DNA from: Kondoa subrosea
Taxonomy: Eukaryota
Assembly: GCA_039545335.1 (NCBI GenBank)
Contig: BCIN01000002.1
Coordinates: 1,439,118 to 1,503,117, forward strand
DNA: 64,000 nt
Direction: 5' to 3'
Shown here: positions 37,034 through 50,043 of the stretch, in pieces
Numbering within the stretch: the stretch's first letter is position 1
How the letters are laid out: the number at the start of each line of letters is the position of its first letter
Made by a program: the position numbers and the translations under genes
The notes under the pieces: model-generated
Database searches by the model: none
Told to the model about the DNA's origin: nothing
Seen by the model: only the letters and a program-made list of their open reading frames with translations

Positions 37034-40000
37034 ATGTACTCTATGAATGGATCTGGTCGCAAAAGAGCTAGAGACGATGATCAATACGATTACCAGTCCT
37101 CTGGAGGTCGTGGACCTAGAGGCAGAGGCCCACTCAATCGAGCTTTACCAAGTCATCAAAATTACAACTCTTCGCCTTCTCGTCGCGGTGGAGGTGGCAT
37201 GAGTGCTGGCGAGGCTTTCAAGAATGATTTGTACAAGGTTGGCGAGCGTGGGTCAGACACTAGGTTTGAAGATGCTCGACTGGATAATGTGCGAAGAGTT
37301 GTTACCGATGTTTGGGTTAGCAGCGATATGGGTAGAACGGACGTTCTGACTGCTTTCACTACGGCGTACGTCTGATGTCTTCTCTAACGTTGGTTGAATG
37401 CGTACTAATAAGGTGATGAGAACACAGCATGACTGAATTACCTCACAAACACTTCTACTTTGCTGCTTTGTTGGCACTCTTATCTGCTCATCCAGCAACT
37501 CGTAACGATTCGAACAGCTCACATCTTCCCCCTATGCCAAAACCTAAACCTCTAGTGACTCTCACTTCGAAAGATCCGGATGCTGAACCAGTCCATCTCA
37601 ACACTGAAGATCAAGATGCGGAAATGACTGTTCCCGCTGTACAAGAAGAGGTCAAACCAGCTGAAGAAAAGATCTACATAGGTCATCTAATCACTTCACA
37701 TTTGACGAGCAAGTTGGAAGAAATCATTGATGAAGGCAATTGGCTTCAAATTCGTCTTTCCTTCCAATTCATGACTTTACTGTCCAAGATCACCTCACCT
37801 CTGATATCTCTTACTTCATTACTCGAGACTTTAAACAAGTTCGCTGGAATTTTGGAAGATAGTTCCGCTTCTATTGCGCACAAAGATGAATGCGCTAAAC
37901 TTATTTCGATGGTACTTCTTTTGCTTGAAGGCAAAGAAGGGGATGATTTGAAACCTGTGCTGCAATCTTATATCGACAAGAGGGAGATTGATCCTGATAG
38001 CATCCTATTTGGAGAGGGTAACGAAGAGGTATGTCATGACTGTATTGCGCCATATTGATGGTCTGTTCGAACCATGACATACAGTTTGTTCAATCACTAG
38101 TGGCAGCAGTCAATAAAGAAACTATCATTCTGCCATTTTACGATCCAGTTAGCGAACATCCTGAATTGGCTTTGAAACCAGAAGATGCTCCTGAACCTAT
38201 TTCCATCAGCTTGAGCAAGGTACCAAGTGCTACTTCATCAACTTCGATCAAAATATGGAAGCGATTATTTGATGATGAGGTCCGTTTCCATGAGAATACT
38301 GTGCTGCTCATTTGTAGCTGACGCAGGTGGAAATTGACAGACTGTACCGGAATCATCAGATCCTCAAGGCATTCTTTTACGGTCACTAATCATTGACATG
38401 ATGGACGTGTACGAAGCGAATCGAAGAGAATGTGCTCGACTGCTGCTCGAGCTAGGCAATGGCACTTGGATTCGAGGTCGAGATCAAGTAGTGAAGCGTA
38501 AGAACAGACCGGAGGATGAGGAAAACCTGGGTAGCGCTACCTGGATTTTGGATAACGTTATTGTTGAAGTGCGTTGAGAGACCTCTTTTGCTATTTACGA
38601 AGCTTAGGAATTTCTCAATCGCACAGTGCTTACTTACTTCGCTACTGGCACTTCCATCCTCTACGAATCTACCGCCTTACTATGGTTCACTCCTTGTTGA
38701 ACTTTGTGCTCAGTCACCATCAACAGTGGCTCCAGCTATGGGTAAATGTGTTCGAAAACTCTATGCTGGTTTGGGAGCTGGCCCAGAAAACGCTTCAGCC
38801 AAAGAATTGCTCGACCCCGAAGGATTGAGGAAATTCGCCGAGTGGTTCGCTTTACATTTGAGTAATTATAACTTCGTTTGGCGTTGGCCTGAATGGTAAG
38901 TTGCTGCTCTCTAGCATTGACGTATGCTTAAAGGAGCCGTGGCCACTTACAGGGAAGGCGATCTCACTTTACCGCTCACTCATCCTAAACGAGTCTTCAT
39001 TGATTGGCTACTGGAAATGGAAATCCGGTTGAGTTACTACGACCGAATCAAGAACACCTTGCCGGATTCGTATCGTGATGCTGGAATTATGAGCGGACCC
39101 CCGCCTGAGCCTGGATTCCCGTACGAAAGCGCTGGTAAGCCAATACAAGGTCGTGTATCCCATCATGCTTATTCTGTTGTACCAGATCATGTTCATCACG
39201 GCTTCGCAAGCTCCTTACTCGATACACTCAGGACTAAAGCTTCTTCAGACGAAATTATGGAGCAATTGGGAACATTTCAAGGCACCGTTCAAGCAGAACA
39301 TAGCATGTCAGAAGACGAAGCAGCCGCTCTTTCGCACGATATCGCTCTACAATGCATCTTGCTTATAGGTTCTAAATCTTTCTCTCATTTCCTCAATGTC
39401 ATCGAACGATACATTACTCTTCTTCGTGGGCTCGCAGCCAAGTCAAGTACAAGACAGAGAATGCTTCACATCATCTCCAGTTTCTTCGCTAAGAATCAAG
39501 AATTCACTTTCATTGTGATGGACAAGTTCTTGCAATATCGAATCGTTGAAGCGACCGATGTTGTCGAATGGGCTTTCCAAAAGGGACCTGATGGTTCGCA
39601 TACGACTCGATGGTGCGATTTACAAGTTTGGGAAATTCTAAGAGCGACAATTGTGAAAGTCAATGGAAGAGTCAAAAATGCTCGTGCAAGAGTTGAAAGC
39701 ACAAAATTACGCGAGAAGAGGGCTGCTGCGGGAAGTGCAGGTTAGTCAAAATTGCTCTTCCTTGCTTCCCACGTTGAATTGCCTATATAGATGCACCAAC
39801 TGAAGAGTCATCTGGAGAATTGCAAAAATACATTGAACAAGCTGCTAATGTGGCAGACGAGCAAAAGCAAGTGTTAATCACTGCTGCTAAGCGATTTGCT
39901 ACTCTCGTCAATTCAACTGAGAGCGATGATGAATTTGCTTCTTGGTGGTGTCAAGGATGGCTAAGGCAGTTTGCTCGAGGTGTAAGTCCGCTGACTCCCT

Positions 40001-40159
40001 TGCGAATTTGCTCACGTGTTTGTCCAGTTTGCCGATCTTCTTACTGAATATTCAACTGAAGTCCAAGCAATCGAGCCGGACACGACGGCAGCAGGCATTT
40101 TGAATAGTAGCATTCGCTTTGGCAACATTGTGTTACTCGGTACAAAAAGCATGAGCTAA
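37034..40159 (+). CDS. STO1: Nuclear cap-binding complex large subunit (CBP80/NCBP1, MIF4G)
   Basis: N-terminal RKRAR NLS, TELPHKHFYFAALL, YYGSLLVELC, WFALHLSNYNFVWRWPEW, EIRLSYYDRIKNTLP, IGSKSFSHFLNVIERY. Confidence 0.92.
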
Positions 40160-40179
40160 GCAAATTGTAATTGATCATA

Positions 40180-42403
40180 TCAATAATCTCTGCCTCCAAA
40201 ATCGCCTCCTCCATAGTCTCCACCATCAAATCCCAAGTCCATCGACCCTCCCATGTCAAGACCCGAATCCGCGAGGTCTACGTCGAGCCCACTACCAAAA
40301 GAGTTCCGAACGAGTCCGCCGTCGAGGTCAGATATACCGTAACCTGAGTCCATTGCTCCGTCGTATCGTGAATCTAAGCCATCAAGACCGTCCAAGGCGT
40401 TAGCGCCGATGGTTCGTCCTCCGTACTGCAAAGAGCGCAGATAAAGATTAGCCTATCTCCTATTGCACATACAAGGGACTGACATCCAATCCATCGTCTA
40501 TCATGCCATTCAGTTCGACTTTGAAGATATGATTACACTGCGAACACTCACTCCGGTACGAATCAACACCATCAAAACCTCTTGAATATCCCGAATCGAG
40601 CAACCCGTCGTTCGCGTAGATGACAGTATCTAAGCCATCGCCTCGGCCATATCCCATTGGGTAATCTAGTCCATCGATATTCGAGTAGCCTAGCCCTTCA
40701 ATCCTGTCAAGACCTCTGTCTGCATACCACCCACTACCATATCCAAGTGGTTCGTTGCCAATGAAGCCTCTGGAGTAATTCAAAGAGCTTGGCTGATAGA
40801 GCAGATCGTCGTAGAATCTGTTGTTGTAGAGCGAGTCGAAGCTGTAATCATTGAAGCTGTTCAGTTGTGCTAGATCGTAACCTCGATTCTGTAGATTTAG
40901 ATCGATCTGCCGTTCTATTCTTCGCAGGGCATAGTCTTGTTCGACTTGCGAACGATAGACCTGGTTACCCAACGCGCGGGACAAAGCTGCGTCATTGATG
41001 CCGACCAGAGTTGCCCTGCCACTGATTCAGCCTAGAATCTACTGCATAATGAGTAGCGCCGACCTTGAAGCTAGACGATCTAACCGAGCCTGTTCGATAG
41101 CATTGAACTTTTCTCGAAGAAGACTCTGCCTAGTAGAGACTGCGTTGTAGATGCGATCACGCATAGCCAGTCTGGGAGCCAATCAGCTATCTCCGCATAT
41201 ACAGCTCAATGCTTGCACACCTCCGCTCTCGTTCTGCTTCTATCTTGGCCTCCGCTGCTTGGCCACGTAAGACAGCCGCTTCTCGTCGAGCAATTTCGCT
41301 AGCTGTCTGAAGGTCTTTCTGTTGCCTGGCCTGCTGAGCATCGCCGACCGCTCGGTGCAGTTCTTGATCTACCAATGATTTTTGTTGTTGCAGAGCTGTT
41401 CTTTCAGCTTGAGACTTAGCAAACAAAGCTTGGCGAGTTTGAAGCAGGTTCTGTTGTGTTTGCCGCAATTCATTTTCCCTCTTTTGTTTGTCCAGATCGG
41501 AGACAGCGCTTTGTAGCATGTTTCGCTGTTGCTGCAGCAATCGATTCTGTTGTATGAATTGTGTTTGCAGCTGATTTCTGGCATTACTTTCTTGCGCAAG
41601 CTGCATCTTAGCCTGTCAAATGTTGGTGAGCGACGTACACGATTAACAGTAAGACAACCCCACTTGTCTGAGAGCAGGGCTGTCGTTGGCGTTCAATATA
41701 GGCTGAGACATTCCGCCTTGTAACGGTTGTTGTTGCTGCTGCACCCTCTGACCAGTCTGCGGTGGACTGCCTTGCATTTGCATTTGTGGATTTGATCTTT
41801 GGTGAAATTGCGGCGGAGCTTGACTAGGAGCCTGATTGGCAGTTGGAGTCTGGCTGTTATGAGGGAACAGCGGAGCTTGAGCTGTATTAGGTCCACCTTG
41901 ATTTGGAGCATTAAGTAAATCATCTGCCAAAGAACCGAAATTCTGTTCCGCATGCTTCAGTACGCAGCGTGTTGACTGTAGTAAACGCCTACTATTAATG
42001 GCGTATCTCTGATGCTCCCGCTCGGTGCATTGAAAGAGCGGTATTGCCCTGATACAGCCTGATCTGATGCACTTTGTGGTCGCTGAATCGGTGTGTCTTG
42101 ATGAGCTGTCGGCGCAGGTGAAGCATTGGGCAGAGAATTAGCTTGGAGTAGTGGACCTTGAGCATCTGCGGGATGTTCCCACGAACTTTCGCCAGCAGGA
42201 TTGACATCTGTTCAGCTATTAGGGTTGTAGAGCACCGGGGATCGAGTCACATACAGTACCAAGTATGATAGTTCTGATCATAGTCCGCAAAGTAGCCTGA
42301 ACAGGTGAGCCCAGCGATCCTCGACCCTCACGTAATTTCAAAGACGAAGCTTACCTGGAGGCAGTGAACGCGTATCAGGTTGAGTTTGAGTCATTGTGGC
42401 CAT
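40180..42403 (-). CDS. Low-complexity protein: Gln/Pro-rich N-terminus, coiled-coil middle, Gly/Tyr/Asp/Leu-repeat C-terminus
   Basis: ATG 42403 (MATMTQTQPDTR), several GT-AG introns, QQQQ tracts, a Gln/Arg/Ala heptad region, and repeated DGLD/DSGY/GGD[YF] units ending GGDYGGGDFGGRDY*. Confidence 0.7.
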
Positions 42404-42871
42404 GGAATATGAAAGGGAGAAGACAAAGAAAGGCAAAGCGAAAACACAAGAGCTGTCAGCGGCGTTTGCGACCTATGTAGAAACGTGGTAACGGAAGGCT
42501 TGGAAACAGCAAGAAGGACATCGAGACAACTTCAAAGAGTCCGAAAATACCGTAGAGAAGACATTGGCACGCACGACGCAGAAGCTCCCGAATCTGGAAG
42601 AGACCGAATTTGCATCGAATTGAAGGAGATGGAATTGTCGCGGACTTTCGACAGCGTACAAGAGCATCGATGTACGATTAGGCTACTATGGACAGAGCTC
42701 GAGGGACAGAACAGAGGCTCGTCGTCGAAAGGTAGTCGATGATTATGTAATTCCAAAGAAAGAAGGTATCTTTCCATTGGTCCGAGACGAGTAGCACCGC
42801 TACACGTTAAGGCAACGAACAGAACGCCATCATATGCAGGATATGTCAATGCTTTACATCTTCACATCTAT

Positions 42872-45482
42872 CTAAGTATCCGAATCTTCACCGAGCTCTT
42901 CGGCCATCTTCTTCCGCCAATCATACAGCATTACATCCGCATACTCATCTACCCCGAGGCCGATACTGCTTGATCTCCTTCGTTCGCGTATTGGCGACCT
43001 CTTCGCTCTTTCTTCATCTAATTTGTCTAAGAAACCATCTGGCAAGCTTGGTATAGGCAGTGGAAGCTCTTGCGCTTCAAGATTAGGAGAGAGAGAGACA
43101 TGTAAACCATTCTTCACAGGAGCCAGCGGACCGAAATGCGGTACTCTGGTTCTGACAATCAGATCTTCCGTTGCTGAAGGTAGGGCAAAGGGCAGCATAT
43201 ATCTTGAATTCAACAGTTCGCCTAGACATTCTGGACCTGAAGGCGGGCTGTACAGAGCGTAGGTATCTTCATCAGCGAAAACAGCATCGATTTCCCAAGT
43301 TGCGGTTTGTAATTCTTTGTATTCTTTCGATTCAAGGTATTGCTTCAAAGCTTCTTCCTCATCTTCTTCCTCTACATCGTCTTGCAAGTTCTTCTTCTCG
43401 GCTTCCAATTGAGCTTCTTCCACCGCCATCCTTACTCTGTGCCGTTCCCAATCTTGTTCAACTTGAGCAAGGTATTGCCCACATTCTTCATTCATTCTAC
43501 TTTCGTCCACTTCGTACCGATATCCACCAACAGCTCTTCGTAGCTGAAGAGGATTAAGACGAGACAGAGTTTGCATAGTTCCAACGAGATTATCGAACGA
43601 ATCCGGTGTAGACAGACATTGCAGCCATTGTAAGAGTTGATTAAGGGGTTTGGTATGATCTTGAAGTAGCTTAGGAGGTAAATTGTTCAGACGAGCCCAA
43701 TCTTCTAGCGCCGAGACATTGAGACGGATTTGTATAGCTTTGCTTCGAGCGAGGTACTTCTTCTGCAGTTTTCATGAGCAAAGGAAATCAAATTCATGTG
43801 ATAAGCACTTACCCGAGTAAGAATACGATTGAAACATTCACAAGCTATCCAATAGAATATTTGACTGAAGGCCTGAACTATTACAGCTGGATGTATTTCA
43901 TATAGTTGTAGAATGAAGAGAGTGGAAGAGAGAAGGCTATTTATTGTCTTAGGTGATATGGGAGCATCTGCCGTACCGATTTCGGGACTTCGCAGATTAG
44001 TGAGGGATTGTCTTTGTAGTTTCCTTGGTTTAGAAACAGATGATGGAGGCGTAGAATTACTGAATGATCGTTGAGTTGGGCTTTCAGGTACTCCAAAGAG
44101 CGATAGCACACTGTTCTTTGACTCTTTTCTTCTATGACCGCCGGTGAAAGATTTGAGAATATTCCATTCGCCTTCAAACCGAACGTCCTCAAAGCCAGGA
44201 AGCGCTTCATAATCCAGCATAGCAGCATCTAAGATCTTATCTATCCGTCTCTCAGCGTCCCTGATAATAAAGACGAAGAGTTCATTGATCAAGCCAGTAA
44301 GTTGGGATTGGTTGTAATCGGATTTTTGATCGAGAATAGGATCTGATTTGAGGAAGTAGAGAAGAAGAGTGATGTTGTAAAGCCAAAAGGCAATAGTAGC
44401 CATATCTTCTGACTTCTGATGTATGCGAGCTTCAATTTCGTCTATAGCACCGTCAAGTAGAGCGTTCAACAGGTCTGAATCGCCGCTATAGTGGACTGCG
44501 AAGCGAGCGGAGAGGAAGAGCACGTTAGCTGGAATGACTCGTTGTGCTCGTGATCGGATAGGGTCGACATCGATGATGAGCGAGAATATGATAGGTAAAT
44601 CTTCATGCGAGAAGACGAGCATTTGATCTGGAGTACACAATTGCCATTCAAAGTTGCCGTTATCGTTGTCCTGCACTTGCTATTAGTCATAGTCTAGGTC
44701 TGAGTGGTAAGCTTACTAATAGAGGAGATGGTTCTGGCTTCAAGCATAGAGAATCCAACCGTACATCCAGATTCCGCACACTTTCGTCAGCCAATTCCAG
44801 CTGTTTCTGGTAGTCCTTCTTTATCGCTTTAGTTCCATCCGAAGCTGAATTTGGGAAATTGATCTCAGGCGATCGAGCTTCTTCGACAAAAGAAAGCATT
44901 TGCAGCAGAGTTTCCGAATCTTTGGCCTTTTTAGCTAGATCCACAGCCTTGAGACCACCTTTGTGGGAAACGATATCCACGTTTGCGTTGTGATTCAAAA
45001 GGTAAGCAGCCAGGGGAGTATTGCTCGCCCAACAAGCACGCATCAGAGCAGTCCAACCTTGATGATCTACAGCGTTGACATCTACACCAGCTTCGACTAG
45101 TATTCTTGCGCAATCCGTGTGTGAGAAGACAATGCATGAGATCAGAGGAGTTGAACCCTCTTCAGTCGCGTTCAGATCAATGTATTCTTTTGCTGCAGTA
45201 CTAGAGGGAGACAAAAGAAGCCATTCGAGTAGGTCTGCGTCTCCATTTGAAGCTGCTGTTAAGTAGGCCCGTGTCAGCAAGCGACATTTCAATGGCTTGT
45301 CGAGCTTTGTATTATTGATGAGCTGTGTTAAAGATGCTGGAGTGGGTGCTAGAGTAGTCAGCAAGTCCGGAGGCCTGTCAAAGCGGCGATGAATCCCAGT
45401 TAGTAGAATCCACATGTATGTACCAATTGTAAGGGTGTGCATACAGGTCTTCGAGACGCGGAGCGCTGGCATTGCTTTGCAT
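42872..45482 (-). CDS. Ankyrin-repeat plus Dilute (DIL) domain protein
   Basis: Start MQSNASAPRLEDLYAHPYN|WPPDLL. Ankyrin repeats (GSTPLISC..HTDCARILVEAGVDVN, GWTALMRAC..LLNHNANVD). DIL-region motifs AFWLYN, QAFSQIFYWIACECFNRIL and LNPLQLRRAVGGYRYEVDE. Confidence 0.85.
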
Positions 45483-45798
45483 CCAGCTTCCAGCGAGCGT
45501 GGCTGTTGGCAAAGAAGCTCAATTGTCCCCAGGCATGCTTGACCTCGAGGCACGACCGAATTTCGATACCTCTGCAAGTCGCTGGATCTACCCACTGGCA
45601 AGACAGGAGAGTTGGAGATATCCATATTGTAGCGCGAAGTCAGCCAAAGAAGTGCGGAAGGGGCAGCAAAGATTGTTGTTGACGGAGTCTGCTGTTTCGT
45701 CTGGGAGCCCTTGAATGGCTGCAGCCGCATCTCCAGGTGAATGCTGCTCTTTTTTTCTTCACGACGGACTGTCGCAGCTGGACAGCTCGCGCGTTTAA

Positions 45799-47565
45799 AT
45801 GCCTTCTTTCATTGATTATCGAACTATTGGAGTCAAGCTTTCTGATGCATTTGCTCTGCCTACAGACTCTCCGGTCTCTCCATTTCAGTCTATATCACCT
45901 CTGGGAACGCTGGACGAAAACTCGGAAGTCTCGTCTGAGTATTCTTTCCCAAATAAGGCCAAGCATAACTCAATTCCTGCTGTGCCGAAAGAAGGGGATC
46001 AAGTAGAGTCTGACAGCACAACACTCCGGCAAAGATCACTGAGTCTTCCTCACCTCAATCAATTCAGTGGCATGTAGGCTTACCCGTAATGCGGGCGCGT
46101 GACATTATGCTGACTGATATGTGCAATTAGCCCACTCTTTCCTTCTCCGTCTAGCAGCTACTATCCGCAACCGGAATCAGAAGTAGAGATCTTACGCAAC
46201 CTTCTTTCGAGAGATCGGATAAGAAGAGATCAAAAGACAAAGAACAGGGATTTCAAAGGTTTAGGCAAAAGAAGTATAAGTTTGGGCGATTCAACACTTG
46301 CCTCGGCCTCAAAGATGGCGGATACTATGCCTCCACCGGTTGATACTACTCTGGTGCAACCAAAGGGGGGAAGCGCCGAAACGCATAGTCGCACTGTAAC
46401 ACCTACACCTATAGAGCAGCAGGAAGATGTTGCTACACCGTCAGCAACAGCAACCTTTACTGATTCTACTCAACCTATTCCGATAGCGTCTGCTTCGTCC
46501 ACATCCACGAGCGACTCAATCGCGTCAAATCCTAGTCCCGCTCTACGAAAGTTATCAGTTTCGCAGAGTTCAAAACAATCGACAGACTACTTTGGTCCTA
46601 CTGTTGGATCTCCTTCTCGGCCGCCTTCCTCATATATGGCCTTCTTACCTGAATTAGGACACTCACCGGAACTGTCACGCCGGTTATCAGAATCTACATC
46701 AAGGCGAAACTCTCGCTTGTCAACTTCTTCTTTCTCCTCTGCAGCAGAATCAGAGGAAGAATCCAAAACACCTACAGTCCAATCACCTTTCAAAGTTTCT
46801 ACCGGTTCTACAACACCTCTTCCACCTGTCTTAATCAAAGACTTCGCTTTTCTTCCTACCGATTCCCGATTTCGAGGTTTAGGTCCAACGGCATCCGAAT
46901 TAGCCTTCCAAGCATCTTCGGTTCACTTAAATTCTTTACCTGAAAACGCTTTCGAAGAATCTTCAGGCGACGAAACCAATTCTCTTTCTTCCTCCGCTTC
47001 CTCCTCATCTGCAAACAATACAGGCAATCATTTTTCTTGGGGTTTCTTGCCTCCTCATGCAGTAAATTCTCAAGGGATAGCTACTTCTCCAGATCCTTTT
47101 TCTACTACTTTCAATCCTAGAGCTATAGAAGCTGAAGATGGTTTTGATGATGATCTCATTGACCCAAGAACTGAAGAGGAAGATAGTAATAGTGATGTTG
47201 GTGGTGTAGAGATACCGATTGGTGGTGCTTTGTACAGAGCAATGTATCCTTTTGAGCCAGAGGCAGCGCAAGAATTGCAATTGGCCGAAGGTGAACTCAT
47301 CAGGGTGTACGAGAGGTACGTTACATGATCCTCGACTTTACAATGTTGCTGATTTGAGGATTACAGAGTCTGTGAAGGATGGGTTGTAGCCTGTAGACTA
47401 AAGCATATACCAGCGACGGAAGACCAAGCAGAATCGTGGCTTGATGAAGAAGAGACTGGTCTGGTTCCGGAAACTTACCTGTCGCTCATTGAAGAAGAAA
47501 GCGAAGGAGTAAGGGAAGCAGGTCAACGGCTGAATGACGGCTTGAATATGGGCGGTACACCGTAA
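45799..47565 (+). CDS. Ser-rich adaptor with C-terminal SH3 domain (Nbp2/Skb5-like)
   Basis: YRAMYPFEPEAAQELQLAEGELIRVYER|VCEGWVVA...GLVPETYL is an SH3 domain; upstream IKDFAF motif. Confidence 0.8.
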
Positions 47566-47723
47566 TGATTATCCGAAGCCTGACAATGTACATGTATCAT
47601 TTACAGCATTATAACATCTAGCTTGACAATCATTTCTTGCTACATCTTGATTATAACTTTACGAAATCCTACCTTTGATTGACTCTGAGCTAGACGAAGG
47701 GCTATGATTTATGTACAGTTTAT

Positions 47724-49695
47724 TCAATCGGTCCATATCTTTCTTGCAAGCATATGTCCACAGCCTTTCATGTGCTCTTCAGGCGGTTTGCGCCAAACAC
47801 GATCATCCAGATCACTCAAAGAAGAAAAGGGCACAGATGTCTTGAACGGACTTGCGATCTGGCTTTCTACATCCGTTACTCCCCCCACAGCTGAACAATC
47901 GGGTTCAATGCAAAAGATGCAATGGGATTCGGCCAGATCAAGATGTACTTGTTCTGCTTGCGCTCTTGAACATGGAACAAGCTGATATTGGTGTAGAAGA
48001 GCAGAATACGCATCATAAGAGGTTTGCGGTCTGTCTTCAGCTGAGGCTCTTCTCAACGTTTCTTGCCTTGCTTCTAGAGGAGTCATAAAACGCAACATAA
48101 CACCATCTGAACCTTGCCAATTCATTTCTCCTTTAGCTTCTGCTCGCCTCAATTGACCCAGCTTGTCATCCAACGATTCTTTGGCCGTATCTATTCCTTC
48201 TTGCCAACCTTCATCAAATTCCTCTAACCAACTTTCTTTCATATCGGAATATATTTCTTCCACTCCAGCAGACATAGTTTTCAAGTTCGAAACGCAAGGT
48301 ACGAGAATAAATTTGGTAGGTAAATGTCTTAAAGCATGTAATCGTTCTCTTACTGCTTCTCTGCTAGGTAATTCAGCATCCTTCTTCTTCTTGCTCGACG
48401 AATTTGATCCACCACCAGTAGGCGTACTTTCTCTTTCTATCTTTTGCATAGTCTTGATCAATTCACTTTTTGCACTGACTAGATTTCTCCAGGCTCGTGT
48501 TGCTTCCAATGCTCGAGCTACACCAATACTTGCCAAGGTTTTGCCTAGTGATTGAACAAGAGCTGGAACATCTTCAGTAGGGATTGTAGGGCTTGTAAAT
48601 AGTCCAGATCGGTCGAGGATGATATGCGATAGATAAGGATGACGAAGAACGAAAGCTTTGAATGCTGCTCCGAGAGGTGCCCAACTAGTCGACAAATCGA
48701 TACTAAAGTCGCGGATCAGCTCGCAAACTTCGGTACACTTGAGAAGGAGCTCACAGTTCGAGTGCAGGAAATATAGGAGAAGATGGACCGCCATAAGCTG
48801 AAGATGGAAGAACAGTTGTCGTTGTCTGAGGAGAAGTGACAGACGATAGGATGCTTCTGTTAGGGATCCTGAAGCGTAAGTATTTGATGGTACTGGCGAA
48901 AGGGGAGACGCCGAAGTGACCGATAGAGTATGTCTTGAAGAGTACTAATGGTTGGGCGAATTTTGTAGCCCTCGCAGCCGTTAGATCGTCTCCTGCAACG
49001 TCGGTATTTATGGGAAGGTCTGGCGGAAGATCTTGCACGAAGGAGAAGCGATTGAAGCGCTCGTTTCTAGGCCATTGTGCCAGTCTATCCAAGCAGATGT
49101 CGAAATATTGACCTTTCAGGAAAGAAAGGTAGTTCTTCATGCGCAGATATAGATTGAATCGAAAAGACATGGATACTACAGCTTCAAAGGGTCTGGGAAG
49201 CAAATCTTCAAAAGCTTGAGGATCCCATCGAGGTCCGACATTGACAGCAAGTGTGTTCAGATTACGGAATGAAGAGATTAGATTGGCGACAACGTATTCT
49301 TACAGAAAATCCATGAGATCAACCTGACTCGAGCACGAATGTAAGAGCTCACCATCCACATTCCATGCAGACAGCCTACAAGTCTTAATTGCTAATCGCA
49401 TCTTCTGCCCATCCTGCTGCTTCTGCAGTCGTTCCAGCAAAGACTTGGATCCCTTGGCAGAAGCAATGTGGGTATGTACGAAGAGATGTCGAACCGAGAG
49501 ATCCAAAGCAGGCATGGCACGAGACAAAGCCAGCACTGTCTGCTTATATTCTCGCTCATCGATGAAGTCAATTACCTCCTCCCAGATCTCGAATGGCAGC
49601 CCGCATAGAGTACTAGATGCCAGTCGCTCTTCTTCATGGTGCATTGGAGTACGTCCCTGTTGAACTTGGGGCTTGATTGCTCGTGGAAAACACAT
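47724..49695 (-). CDS. Conserved hypothetical protein with F-box-like N-terminus
   Basis: LCGLPFEIWEEVIDFI; three ORF pieces joined in frame by GTGAGC..AG introns; C-terminal HCIFCIEPDC..GCGH Cys/His cluster. Confidence 0.7.
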
Positions 49696-50043
49696 TGATC
49701 ACTTTCTGACCTCATCAGCCACGGACTGCTGTACATTCAGATACAGCAGCTCAGCTGACGATCGCTACGGCATGAGCAGCAAGTTGGTCAAGGAATGCAG
49801 AAGTGCTTATGCAATCGCCTACGGCAGAAAGTCGCATCTGCTTTTATGTCTGCCAGTAGTTTTGATGCCACGATGCCTTGGAATGGCGCCTTGGAGGAGA
49901 CTGCTACCCTTGTTACTGTCTAACGGACCGTCCTAGGCTAGCGAGTAGATTCCTTCGCTTTCCATCCCTTTGTCTGGACGTCTATGTCTTCTCGAAGCTT
50001 TCTCCTCTCTTTCGTTCTTACACTCGTGCCATACTCAATCAAA

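Noticed and set aside
45482..45799. Apparent 68-bp bidirectional promoter between the ANK-DIL ORF (45730) and the SH3 gene
   Set aside because: An intron (GTACAT..CTAAC..CAG) shifts the upstream frame and places the likely start at 45482, giving an ordinary ~316-bp gap.
48700..48800. Overlapping out-of-frame ORFs suggesting a frameshift in the F-box-like gene
   Set aside because: Explained by a canonical GTGAGC..GCTGAT..TTTAG intron.
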